A DNA stretch of 64,000 bases from Octopus sinensis (Eukaryota): the NCBI RefSeq assembly GCF_006345805.1, contig NC_042998.1:23994001-24058000 (forward strand), given 5' to 3'. Under the pieces are notes generated by a model. It had not been told where the DNA came from and did no database searches. It worked only from the letters and a program-made list of their open reading frames with translations. Positions 38,321 to 50,776 of the stretch are shown here, piece after piece (within the stretch, counting starts at the first letter, position 1; the number at the start of each line of letters is the position of its first letter). The translations under genes and the position numbers were made by a program.

Positions 38321-38580
38321 AGCATTAGATTCCAAGGAATCTAATGCTCATAGCTTAATTTTTCCTTGGGGCTGGCCAGATTGGAGCAATCTCAAGATTA
38401 ATCAGCCGAAATCGCAAGGATGATACGGTTCTTGACTGAAGATGAAAGGCTTCGAATGACACGTCTATGTTTTTTTTTTTGTATTGCCTATCTGGATGTT
38501 TTGTTGTCCCCTTTTGCATCACCTAGTTGTCCAGATGTTTTGCGTTCTTGTCCCATTTTGTACTTTATTTTATATATATA
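38317..38580 (+). mobile_element. PLE-like tail (family D) with a 17-bp terminal inversion
   Basis: TAAGAGCATTAGATTCC-AA-GGAATCTAATGCTCATA; related copies at ~18033-18260, 59100-59300 and 59680-59880. Confidence 0.6.
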
Positions 38581-38598
38581 TATATGTATGTATGTATA

Positions 38599-38637
<39 letters not shown>

Positions 38638-39452
38638 ATGATTCCACAGAGTTTCCACCTACAAAATTTACTCACAAGGAATTCTTTGACCTGTTGCTGT
38701 AGGTGAAGACCCTTACACAATGTGTCGTCCAGTGGTATTGAACCCACAACCAGCTGATTTCAAGGAAGCAAACTTCTTAACACCAAACAGACATGTCTGA
38801 AGTCATAAGATGCTTTTGTCCAAATATTTTCTACCTGAGGCAATTTCTTTAGCCAAATTATTCCTGATACATAGCTTAATTTTCTGACCAAGTTTCAGGT
38901 GTTTTTAAACAAAGGCCAAAATCTGATTGATAATCATACGTTTCGATATTAAATTTCTAAAAAGTGATTTGAATTTCAACAAGAGGAGTGTTAATAGCAC
39001 CGAAATCAGACAGTTCATTGTACTTATCTTTGGTTATTGATTTCTATTGATTTCGAGTTTCTTGCTGACATTTAACAAAGCAAACATGATTTTTGGCTTC
39101 CTCTTCTGTTTGAAGAAGCGGCTGGTAGAATTTGAAGTTAGAAAACCGCAGTAAGCTAGTAGAATTATTGGAGTGTAGGAAAAAAATACCTTGTGTGTAT
39201 TTGTTAAAGCTCCTTCCATTTGGAGTTCAGTTCCCACCAAGGTTAATGTTGTTTCATCCCCGCTGGGGGGCAATAGCACAGAGTACCAGTCAAGTACTGA
39301 TGTTGATGTAATTGAGTAACTCCATATCTTATCCTCCTCCTCCCCCTCATCCTCGTCGTCGTCGTTGTCGTTGTCATGAATTAAATTAAACTTGAATTGA
39401 ACTAAAACGAACATTTTGAAAAACTTTGGTTTTTGCAGTAAAATAGCTTTAA

Positions 39453-39673
39453 CCCTCTCGGTACTGTATTTATTTTGAGATGCTGTCTGTTTTTTTCAAT
39501 CAATTTTAAATATAACAAAGAATTTAGTAAAATAACTTGGTTATCATTAAGCTAGTGATAGGAACATAAATTGTGACTAAGGTTTGGTAGAAGATTTTAA
39601 TTCAGAACTTATGAAAACAAGACATTTTTAATCAGAGCCAGAGCTGGTTTCAGCCAAGTTGGTATCAAAAGGG
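39453..39673. mobile_element. piggyBac MITE copy 1
   Basis: TTAA-CCCTCTCGGTAC ... GGTATCAAAAGGG-TTAA. Confidence 0.9.
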
Positions 39674-39693
39674 TTAAATTAATCATTTGTTAA

Positions 39694-39916
39694 CCCTTTT
39701 CTTACCATATTTCTGTTGAGATGCTCTGCGTTTCTTTCATTTAATTTTAAATATAACAAAGAATTTAACAAAAAAAATTTAGTCATCATTCAGCTAGTGT
39801 TAGGAACATAAATTGTGACTAAGGTTTGGTGGAAGATTCTAATTCAAAACTTTTGAAAACAAGACATTTGTACCACAGAGCCAGAGCTGGTTTCAGTCGG
39901 TTTGGTAATGAAAGGG
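39694..39916. mobile_element. piggyBac MITE copy 2
   Basis: TTAA-CCCTTTTCTTACC ... GGTAATGAAAGGG-TTAA; colinear with copy 1. Confidence 0.92.
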
Positions 39917-40021
39917 TTAAACATTCAACGTTTAAGTAAATCTATATAAAATATATATATCTTTTGTTGTTTATTTGTTTCAATCAATGGACTGTGGCCA
40001 TGCTGGGGCTTCACCTCAAGT

Positions 40022-40705
40022 CACTTTTTTCAAGTCACAGCAAATCACCCAGTTGTGATTTTTAAATTTAATCCTGTGTAAGAGTAACATCAGATTTTCC
40101 TGTTTCCTTCATGATCATGAACAAGATTGGAATTGTAATTATTATCATTATGCAGTAGAACAGCTTTAAGACTTCTTTTTGAAGAGACTATGATGAGTCT
40201 GCATCCATCAGGCCTATAATTTATGCCAAACCTACCTACTTAGTCCTATTAAACCAAATACATTTTCTTGAGCAAAATAAGAAACAAATTCTTTTTTGCA
40301 GTTATGGCATCCATAGAATTATGCACAATGAACTAAAAGAGTTGCAATGAATTTGAGCTATTTGGATAAACAATGTTTTTTCCACACTTCAAATTGTGTT
40401 CCTGCATCTTAGGAGTCATATCTGAGATTTTTAATCTCTCTCCATATCATTGGAACCCCAAAATAAAAAGGCTTCTTTGTACATTTAGTCCATTGTCTTA
40501 GTTCTTCAGCACAAACCGAACAGACCTTTAGGAAGAGCCCTATTTCTTATCCTTATCTTAGTCTCATAATTTCACACCAAAAAAGGCATAGTAAGATTTT
40601 TCTGACAAAATTCAGTAACATTTCTCTGATGTCTCTTAGCCATAAACACACCACAAATGTTACAAAGTTATCCAGGCTTGCTGTATATCTCCAAGAAGAA
40701 ATCAT
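40022..40705 (-). pseudogene. Degenerate DNA transposase, Chapaev3-like (CMC superfamily)
   Basis: Across frameshifts: DNFCNICG, KSYYAFFGVKL, VCSVCAEELRQWTK, FGVPMIWRE, YRPDGCRLIIVSSKRSLKAVLLHN, HNWVICCDLK. The family name is from memory of these motifs. Confidence 0.8.
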
Positions 40706-40787
40706 TGTGTCAAATGATGTGAAGATCTATAAGCAAAAGGGAACAGGACATTTTTTTTTAACAGCATATATTTGACTTATCATTTAA

Positions 40788-41183
40788 ATCTCTCTATATA
40801 TAAAGCTGAAGTTGTCTGTGTATAGCAGGTTTGGTAGGCTTCAACTAACACTATCTCCTCCGAGACCCTGCGGCGCAAGTTGACCAAAATTGAAAGTATG
40901 ATAGAAGAAGGCTTGCTCTTCCTTCTGTAGAACAAAAAATTCAAATCGGACCATGTTAACACCAAAAATTATTTACATCAAAAAGGTGCTTTTTTTTCTA
41001 TGAAAATCCCTATTTTCTACGATTTTTTGACTGCTGTGTCGCCATTTTTTCGGTGTATTTCAACCAGAAAAATGTTTACATAAAGAGAATAACAAGCTAC
41101 ATAATGCAAAATTTTTACTTTTCAAAAATTCCAATTCTAAAGGGTCAAAACAAACCTGAGCAACGCCAGGCGATACTACTAGT
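40788..41183 (-). mobile_element. HINE/DINE-1-like element
   Basis: Reverse complement of 14897-15300. Confidence 0.75.
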
Positions 41184-41506
41184 CTATACATAAAATCATT
41201 AAAGAAGCATTGCAATATAACTTAAGGTACGACAAAACAATATATGTTGCTTGCATACGTTGAAAAAAAAGCCATGAAGAAATGACTGAAATATGAAAAA
41301 GATGTTTTAACCTAAGCAACATGGCCGTTGTAAAGTGAGTTTTTTTCTTCTTGCTGCTTACAGGTGACTGAAGCTACATTGATGCAGGCATCTCTCTGTT
41401 TAGCTGAAGTGGTTTAAATATTGATAAAATGATGCTTATTAGAAATAGTCTATTTAAATGTGGTAGATAATGGTAATAAAAGAAAATAGCCAAATTTGCC
41501 ATGATG

Positions 41507-41669
41507 GGCGAAGGAGCGGCTGTGTGGTAAGTAGCTTGCTTACAAACCACATTGTTCCGGGTTCAGTCCCACTGCGTGGCACCTTGGGCAAATGTCTTCT
41601 ACTATAGTCTCGGGCCAACCAATGCCTTGTGAGTGGATTTGGTAGACAGAAACTGAAAGAAGCCTGTCG

Positions 41670-41701
<32 letters not shown>

Positions 41702-41915
41702 TGTGTGTGTGTACATGTTTGTGTGTCTGTGTTTGTCTCCACCAACATCACTTGACAACCGATGCTGGTGTGTTTATGTCCCTGTAACTTAGCAGTTCGT
41801 TAAAAGTACTAGGCTTACAATGAATAAGTTCTGGGGTCGACTTGCTTGACTAAAGGCAGTGCTCCTGCATGGTCACAGTCAAATGACTGAAACAAGTAAA
41901 AAAGTAAGAGAAAAG
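41507..41915 (+). mobile_element. SINE family 2
   Basis: Consensus match. Confidence 0.88.
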
Positions 41916-42730
41916 AGTAAGTAAAAAAAAAAACAAAAAAAAAATGTTTCAGTTATTCAGGTCTTCAAATCCTTGTATCCACAATTAGAATGCCACTTGG
42001 CCTTTACTAGTTGAAAAAAAAAAAAGAAAAGAAAAAGAAAAAGAAAAAGGAGCCATCAAATTCAAGAAACAACTAAGAAAGAAATGAAAAACAAACTTAA
42101 GGGAAACTGCAACTTTAAAGTACCAACACCGATTCTGTGACCTATATTTCTCAAAGATTAGTTGGAAAGCTTTTGAAAATAGAAAACACTAATTTGACAA
42201 AGATGCTTTTAGAATATATTTCAAATTACAGCCTTTAGTTTGAATACTAATCCTCAAAGACATAGAAATCGGTTTTTAATTAAATATTGACAATTTTATT
42301 ACAATTCTCTAATCATCAATCACATCAGTCTTATTCTTTTTCTGGTCATTAGAATGGTGATTATTTTATTACCAAAGTTATAGCTAATTTTGTTTCAATA
42401 TAACGATCCAAAACAGTGAATGTGTTGCTTATTATACAAACACTACTTTTTTGTAATTTATTGCAGTTCGTACAGAAGTGTATATAAACCCCCATTATGT
42501 TTCTGCTGTAGTTAATATAATTTTAGGTAATCATTGTAGAATAGCTGTGACATATCTTAACAACTAATTATGTGACCTAGTTTTGATTTCATAGCAAAAA
42601 CAATTTCCTTTCAATTATGTTACAAATGAGATCATAAAATGTTAGTCAAATGTCTTCTACAATGGCCTAGGGTTGAATAATATCTTTTAGCAGAATTTGG
42701 TAGGTGGAAAGTGTGTAGAAAAATGCTGTA

Positions 42731-42764
<34 letters not shown>

Positions 42765-42769
<5 letters not shown>

Positions 42770-43085
42770 TCATCATCATCATCATCATCATTTAACATCC
42801 GCTTTCCATGCTAGCATGGGTTGGACGGTTCAACTGGGGTCTGGGAAGCCAGAAGGCTGCACCAAGCCCAGTCTGATCTGGCGGTGTTTCTAGAGCTGGA
42901 TGCCCTTCCTAACGCCAACCACTCCGTGAGTGTAGTGGGTGCTTTTTACGTGCCACTGGCACAGGTGCCAGACGAGGCTGGCAAACGGCCACGATCAGGT
43001 GGTGCTTTTTACGTGCCACCTGCACGGAGACCAGACGAAGCTGGCAACGGCCACGAATCGGATGGTGCTTTTTATGTGCCACATC
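42765..43085 (-). mobile_element. RTE-tailed element with (GAT)n tail and ~3 VNTR modules
   Basis: CATCATCAT...TTTAACATCCGCTTTCCATGCTAGCATGGGTTGG; related copies at 33775, 37805, 45400 and 61502. Confidence 0.8.
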
Positions 43086-43428
43086 TTTTCTTTTTCTTCT
43101 TTACTTGTTTCAGTCATTTGACTGCGGCCTTGCTGGAGCACTGCCTTTAGTCGAACAAGTCAACCCCAGGACTTATTCTATGTAAGCCTAGTAATTATTC
43201 TATCGGTTTCTTTTGCCGAACTGCTAAGTTACAGGGGACGTAAACACACCAGCATCGGTTGTCAAGCGATGTTGGGGGGAATAAAGTTGTGGAGAATAAA
43301 GGGCCAAGAGCAAACAAAACAAGTATAGGTAATATCAATACAGTTCTATATTTAAGAGATGAGGAATTATGTACATTATTTATATTATTTACATTCAACA
43401 GATATTTGTTCTCATCTTGTTTGTTGCT

Positions 43429-43474
43429 AACACAACGTTTCAACTGATATATCCTCCAGCCTTCATCAGGTGTC
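43429..43474 (-). ncRNA. Minimal type I hammerhead ribozyme (family B, extra-A core)
   Basis: GACAC-CTGATGA-A-GGCTG(GAGGATATAT)CAGTT-GAA-ACGT-T-GTGTT; core intact, two G.U pairs in helix II. Confidence 0.75.
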
Positions 43475-43647
43475 TTGGGGAAATTTCAATAGATAGAATA
43501 AGTACTAGGCTAACAAAGAATAAGCTCTGGAATCGATTTGCTCAACTAAAGGCAGTGCTCCAGCATGGCCACAGTCGAATGACTGAAACAAGTAAAAGAG
43601 TATATATATATATATATATATATATATTGTATATATTGTATATATCA

Positions 43648-44206
43648 CAGTATCCCAATCTTTTTTGTTTTGAGGCACCCTTGCCAAGCCTTTCAGAAAT
43701 CCATGGCACCCCTATTAGAAAATCTAATATGACAGTTTATTTTTTGATTCAGTTTTAATGAGAAGTCAAACATAAATCCAGTTTTCTTGTTTGTGTTGTG
43801 TTAATCTGCGTGTACGTTGGTGTGACAAATAACATTCAGTCAAAGTTTAGACAACAAATTTTTATAAAACTGTGCTTTTACTAAAAGTGCCTGTGAATAA
43901 AAGGTATACAAACCTGGTTGTTTCATAGCTAATGAAAATTAGTTGGTTGGTAGTTGCCTGGAGAATAAACCAGTTGGTATCTACTCTTTATTCTTTTACT
44001 TGTTTCAATCGTTTGACTGCAGCCATGCTGGAGCACCGCCTTTAGTCGAGCAAATCGACCCCAGGTTCTTTCTTTGTAAACCTAGTACTTATTCTATCAG
44101 TCTCTTTTGCCGAACCACCAAGTTACAGGGACGTAAACACACCAGCATCGGTTGTCAAGCGATGTTGGGGGGACAAACACAGACACACAAACATACACAC
44201 ACACAT

Positions 44207-44242
<36 letters not shown>

Positions 44243-44815
44243 TTATATATATATATATATATATATATACGATGGGCTTCTTTCAGTTTCCGTCTACCAA
44301 ATCCTCTCACAAGGCTTTGGTCAGCCCAAGGCTATAGTAGAAGACACTTGCTCAAGGTGCCACGCAGTGGGACTGAAACCGGAACCATGTGGTTGGTAAG
44401 TAAGCTACTTACCACACAGCCACTCCTGGTTAAAGGTTCATCTTATATGATTTGTACTGGAACAGAAGAGAGTAAGGAATGCACCAGCTACATAATGAGG
44501 CAGCTGGAATGGCTAAGGGCAAAGTGAGCCAAACTCCGTCCCTGGATAATAATATTTGTGTAAGAAAACTATGGACCTGGAAATGATAATAAAAAATTTT
44601 CTTTATGTCTCCAATGTTTATATAATAAACATAAAATAGACATCAATACAAAAATATGATAGACGATGATACAAAATATGAGATGACAATAAATATTTAA
44701 TGTCAAAATAGTATCGAATATATTTTTGACTCTAAATGATTAATTATTTCGCAGCTGCTCTCAAATGATCTTGTGGCACCTTGGGGTGCCGCGGCACACT
44801 GGTTGAGAGCTTATG
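43648..44815. mobile_element. Degenerate hAT MITE with a family 2 SINE (43990-44425, minus) inside
   Basis: GGCACCC subterminal motifs at both ends; right end GCGGCACACTGGTTGAGAG. Confidence 0.5.
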
Positions 44816-45722
44816 GTACATATTGTATATATATATTGTACATGTGACTACAAACATATATGTGGATGTGTCGTTGCGTTTGTGTTTGTTCTCAACCACT
44901 GCTTGACAACCGGTGTTGGTGTGTTTATGTCCCTGTAACTTAGTGGTTTGGCAAAAAGAAAAAAAATTTATAGAATAAGTACCAAGCTTGATAAAAAGAA
45001 AAAAAATTAGTACTGGTGTTGATTCATTCGACTAAAATTCTTCAAGGAGGTGCCCCAGCATGGCCACAATATGATGACCGAAACAAATAAAAGATAGAAG
45101 ATACAATCAGCCTGTCCTAGTGATGTCTCTTTCCATACAACCTCTCCAGCAATTTATTTATATTCCTTCAATTTGCAATCATTTACCAAACTCAAGTCTG
45201 CATTTTTTAAACATTATTCTACTTTATGTATTTTTAAAACCATCAAATATAATGAATTCTTGTAGCATTTTTGTTTTTTATTGACTTAGATTATCTTTTA
45301 ATATCTTCAATTTAAACAATGAATAAATGTATTTCCAACTCTTTCGAAACTATATTCCAGTAAGCTAAACTATGATAATTACACAGGGTGACAATGCTAA
45401 GCATCATCATCATCATTTGAGGTCTGACGAGCCAGATGGCTGCACCAGGCTTCAATCTTGATCTGGCAGTTTCTACAGCTGGATGCTCTTCCTAACACCA
45501 TCCACTCTGAGAGTGTAGTGGGTGCTTTTACATGCCACTGGCACAGGGCCAATCAGGCGGTACTGGCAACGACCTCGCTCGAATCTTTTACACATGCCAC
45601 CGGCACAGGTGCCAGTAAGGCGATGCTGGTAACGATCACACTCGAATGGTCTTTTACGTGCCACCGGCACGGAGGCCAGATAGCCGCTCTGGCAACGATC
45701 AACGATATGTATAAATACAAAA

Positions 45723-45877
45723 TTGTAACCAGTTCAAATATCTTTGAGGTATATACAGACCTGTAAGAAAGCTATTCAATGTATTTTGTTTGCAAGAAAT
45801 CTTCACTGTGACGAAATACAGTGAATGACTTTCTTACAGGTTCAAATATACCTCTAGAATATTTGAACTGTTTACAA
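45723..45877. repeat. Foldback / MITE-like inverted repeat, ~65-bp arms
   Basis: TTGTAACCAGTTCAAATAT...CCTGTAAGAAAG..ATTCA pairs with TGAATGACTTTCTTACAGG...ATATTTGAACTGTTTACAA. Confidence 0.8.
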
Positions 45878-45912
45878 GTTTGTGAGATAATTATATTCTT
45901 CTTAGTTTTTTT

Positions 45913-46329
45913 TATCTCTTTATTGCCCACAAGGGGCTAAACACAGAGGGGACAAGCAAGGACAGACAAAGGGATTAAGTCAATTACATTGATGCCAGTG
46001 CGCTACTGGTACTTAATTTATCGACCCTTGAAAGGATGAAAGGCAAAGTTGACCTCGGCGGAATTTGAACTCAGAACGTAACAGCAGACAAAATATCTAT
46101 TTCTTCACTACCCACAAGGGGCTAAACACAGAGGGGACAAACAAGGACAGACACACAGATTAAGTTGATTACATCGACCCCAGTGTGTAACTGGTACTTA
46201 GTTTATTGACCCTGAAAGGGTGAAAGGCAAAGTTGACCTCGGTGGAATTTGAACTCAGAACGCAGCGACGGACGAAATACCGCAAAGCATTTCGTCCGGT
46301 GTGCTAACGTTTCTGCCAGCTCGCCGCCT
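45913..46329 (-). mobile_element. SINE family 1 dimer
   Basis: One head plus two ~184-bp bodies, junction at 46096/46097; near-TSD TATTCTTCTT(A/T)GTTT on both sides. Confidence 0.9.
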
Positions 46330-46429
46330 AGTATTCTTCTTTGTTTATCAAACAGTTTGTTATAATGATTTTTCCCAAACTGTTTTTATTAGAGCTAATC
46401 TGCAACCAAATTAAGAGACACAGCAAACT

Positions 46430-47010
46430 TCCATCATACGAGTGTGGTTGTTGCCAGTGCTGCCTGACTGGCTCCCGGGCCGGTGGCATGTAAAATGCAC
46501 CATATGAATGTGGTCGATACCAGTACTATATGACTGGTCCCATGCCAGTGACATGTAAAAAGCACCATTTGAGCATGTCCATTGCCAGTGCTTGCTAGTG
46601 GCACATGAAGTGCACATATGAATGTGGTTGATGCCAGTGCCATATGACTGGATCTGTGCCGGTGGCATGTAAAAAAGCAGCATTTAAGCATGGTCGCTGC
46701 AATGCTGCCTGACTCATGCCATGCCAGTGGCACATAAAAAGCATCATTTGAGCGTCGTTGTTGTCAGTGTCACCTGACTGGCTCCTGTGCCAGTGGAATT
46801 TAAAAACACCACTCAAGCGTGGTCATTGCCGGTGTCACGTGACTGGCTCCCATGCTGGTGGCATGTAAAAAGCACCATTTGAGTGTGGTTGTTGCCAGTA
46901 CCACCTGACTGGATCTCATGCTGGTGACACATAAAAAGCATCCACTACACTCTTGGAGTGGTTGGCATTAGGAAGGGCATCTAGCTGTAGAAACCTTGCC
47001 AGATCATATT
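46430..47010 (+). mobile_element. RTE-tailed element family with ~8 diverged ~65-bp VNTR modules
   Basis: Unit GGTGGCATGTAAAAAGCACCATTTGAGCGTGGTCGTTGCCAGTGCCACCTGACTGGCTCC..GCC repeated, then the family core. Confidence 0.85.
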
Positions 47011-47125
47011 GGAGCCTGGTGCAGCCTCCTGCCATAGCCAGAGACTGACCAAAACCTTGTGAGTAGATTTGGTAGATGGAAACTCAAAGAATCCTGTTCT
47101 GTGTTTGTGTGTGTGGTTGCGTATG

Positions 47126-47160
<35 letters not shown>

Positions 47161-47617
47161 GTGTTTGTGTGTGTGTGCTTGCGCATGTGTGTTTGTGTGA
47201 CAGAAGCCCTGTTTATCATGTCTCTGTAACAAGGAAAGTACTTGGAGCAAATCAACAGCAAAGAAGAAAAAGAACAAAAAAATTGGTGTCATGGAATCTC
47301 ACCCTATTGACCTCATAGAATTGAGTGCAGTGGTGACACGATGCCATAAAGACATCAGACCCGTATCAATGGAAAAGGAAAAAAAGGAAAAAATTACATC
47401 AAAGCAAATGGTAGTAAAATGATGGCACTGGCGATGACAACGATGATGATGATGATGATGGTAGTTGTGATGGTGGTGATGAAGATGATGATGATATGAA
47501 TTATTGTAAGCTGTAGTTGCTTATTGATCTGGACTACTACACATGAAGGAGTTTTCTCTGTAAAACCTATCAAGATAGCATTATTGATTGAAAGACAATG
47601 ATTATTCAAAAAAACAA

Positions 47618-48185
<568 letters not shown>

Positions 48186-48800
48186 ATAAAAGAAAAACAA
48201 AAAATTTGTTGTTGAATTATGAATGTGTATTTGTCAAATATTTTTGTTAAATTTCTTTTCTTAGAATTCTTCATGTTTCAAAAGCCTTCAGGCTAATAAC
48301 GAATTCCTCCTCCTCCTCCCCTTCTTTTCTTCCTCCTCCTTCTCCTCATTGAGGTGCTTACAGAGCAATTTTTCTTTGTTGGGTGGAGAGATATGTTTTG
48401 CATGCTGCATCTGTTTTGTTTTATTGTAGGGTTTCCATTTGTTGTTGTTCTTCGTGTAGCTGTAGTGTTTTTGTATGTTTGTCATGTAGAACACGTGCAA
48501 TGTGAATTGTGTTATTTCGTTGAAAGAAAGCAGGAGCCAATAGAAAGAAGAACTGTAAGGAAGGAAGCACTATTTTCTTCTTGTATTTGGTTTGCAAGAT
48601 TCTTGATGTGAACATGAGTGTTGAAACAAATTTTGCGGTATCTTAGGAGGGTCATTGTGCCAGTAATAAACACACACAAGTTCAATTTCACTTCTTTATT
48701 ATTAGTCAACTGGTTTATTATCTAGCCAGCTGACTAACTGGTTGCATGTTTAATCCCTCAGTTGACAAACAATTGATTTATTGATTAACTGAATGATTAA

Positions 48801-49334
48801 CCTTTAGCATTGAAACCAGTTATATCCAGCCAAAATAATCTACCTGTATAATCTTCAGATTGACCAGATCCACCCTCTTACACTTAACCTACAATATTAT
48901 TCTAAAAACAAGCAAGGCGCAGGAGTGGCTGTGTGGTAAGTAGCTTGCTTACCAACCACATTGTTCCGGTTTCAGTCCCACTACATGGCACCTTCGGCAA
49001 GTGTCCTCCACTATAGCCTCAGGCAGATCAAAGCCTTGTGAGTGGATTTAGTAGATGGAAACTGTCGTATATATGCATATGTGTGTGTGTTTGTATGTCT
49101 GTGTTTGTCCTCCCAACATCATTTGACAACTGATGCTGGTGACTTTACGTCTCCGTAACTTAGCAGTTCGGCCAAAGAGACCGATAGAATAAGTACTAGG
49201 CTTACAAAGAATAAGTCCTAGGGTTGATTTGCTCAACTAAAGGCAGTGCTCCAGCATGGCTACCATGAAATGACTGAAACAAGTAAAAGAGTAAAAGAGT
49301 AAAGAGTAACCACATCATTAAAATCTCAAAGATG
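48801..49334 (-). mobile_element. piggyBac-type MITE fragment interrupted by a family 2 SINE (48916-49308)
   Basis: TTAA-CCTTTAGCATTGAAACC...TTCTAAAAACAAGCAA|SINE|CCACATCATTAAAATCTCAAAG is the reverse complement of the element at 56281-56451. Confidence 0.75.
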
Positions 49335-49568
49335 ACTAATTGAAATTTAAGTGAATAAATAAGCTAATTCTGAAAGCTAAGGGGTTAAGCAAGCAACTGA
49401 TTAGTCAGTAGGTTGAATAACAAACCAAGTGACAAATAATAAAGAAGTGAAATTGAACCAGTGTCTGTTTATTATTGGCATAATGGTCCTCCCAAGATAA
49501 TAGTGGGGTCTGATATTCATCAGTTTGCTAACTGATGTACTACATCAGTTGTCAATTATGTATGAGTA

Positions 49569-49970
49569 TACTCTTTACTCTTTTACTTGTTTCAGTCATT
49601 TGACTGTGGCCATGCTGGAACACCGCCTTTAATCGAGCAACTCGACCCCGGCACTTATTCTTTGTAAGCCTAGTACTTATTCTATCGGTCTCTTTTGCCG
49701 AACCACTAAGTAACGAGGACATAAACACACCAGCATCGGTTGTCAAGCAATGCTAGAGGGACAAACACAGACACACAAACACACACACGCATATATATAT
49801 ATATATACGTATATACGATGGGCTTCTTTCAGTTTCCGTCTACCAAATCCACTCACAAGGCTTTGGTCGGCCCGAGGTTATAGTAGAAGACACTTGCCCA
49901 AGGTGCCACGCAGTGGGACTGAACCCGGAACCATGTGGTTGGTAAGCAAGCTACTTACCACACAGACACT
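49569..49970 (-). mobile_element. SINE family 2
   Basis: Consensus match; tail-to-tail with 48916-49308. Confidence 0.9.
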
Positions 49971-50776
49971 CAATTAAGTATTTAATAAAGTTATTTTTAA
50001 TATGCTGTTGAATTAGGGTAAGTTTAACTTTTATTATTAATTTTCTCTTGCAGCGTTAATTAACTTGCTTTCTGCATTTTTTGCTTTTCCTTTTTAGTTG
50101 TTTTCCTTTTCTTTTTAGTTAATTATTTAACGAGGCTAGTTCATTAATGTATTACATGCCTCAGATATGTGCATCTAAATTTATTGGGACAGGAATATAG
50201 TCATTTTTGGCTGTGTCTCTACAGGCAGACCTGAAGGCAAGTAGTAAGGCTGTCCAGAAAAGGCATTGGTTAAAAGTGCTTATATTCTAAATTTACTTTT
50301 TAAGTTTCAAAATTAATTAAAATTAATATAAATCAAATTTATATTAATGGGATGTAGGTAATTTTAACTTGTGTATGTTTGATATGCTTTTATAATTACT
50401 GTTGTATTGAATAATTATTGATAGATCTAGATTAGCAGCAGTCAGTGCTGTTATCCCCAACTCAAAACCTAGGTTACTTAAGGTGAGCCTGGTTACTGAT
50501 GGTTTTGGGGTCTTGTTGTTTGTAACTTTTGGTGGACCATGGTGCAACCAACAAGATTGGAAAATTCCCTGCCATTAATTTGGTGTGGATGGGTAATATC
50601 AAATAATTCAATCACAACATATATTTAAATTAAACATGAAAAAAATTGAAATATTATCACCACTTACATGGAAAAATTGAAATATTATCTTTCAGTATTT
50701 TATAAGTTAAAATCTTAAATTATTAACTGACACATTATTAATTATCTTATAACAGCAATGCCTGGAAAAATCATGG

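Noticed and set aside
38434-38465. Hammerhead in family D (CTGAAGA...GAAT; also at ~18075, 59170 and 59750)
   Set aside because: GAA is followed by T rather than A15.1, and no consistent helix I or III pairing could be drawn.
39116-39150. Confident exon KRLVEFEVRKP
   Set aside because: Splice sites are fine, but the opposite strand (38960-39160) loosely resembles a decayed hAT dimerisation domain (LPAASS..RG / ISTMNCL), so it may be chance.
40560-40725. Exon after the strong acceptor CTTTTGCTTATAG (minus strand)
   Set aside because: The sequence is explained by the frameshifted Chapaev-like transposase.
45424-45445. CTGACGA followed by a GCCA/TGGC stem
   Set aside because: No GAAA follows; it is part of the RTE-tailed element.
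46430-46945. CRISPR-like array
   Set aside because: The putative spacers are homologous to each other, the array is part of a dispersed retroelement, and the context is eukaryotic with no cas genes.
50225-50243. Micro-exon with GC or GTAAGG donor
   Set aside because: Several incompatible readings and no supporting frame; such signals are common by chance in AT-rich DNA.
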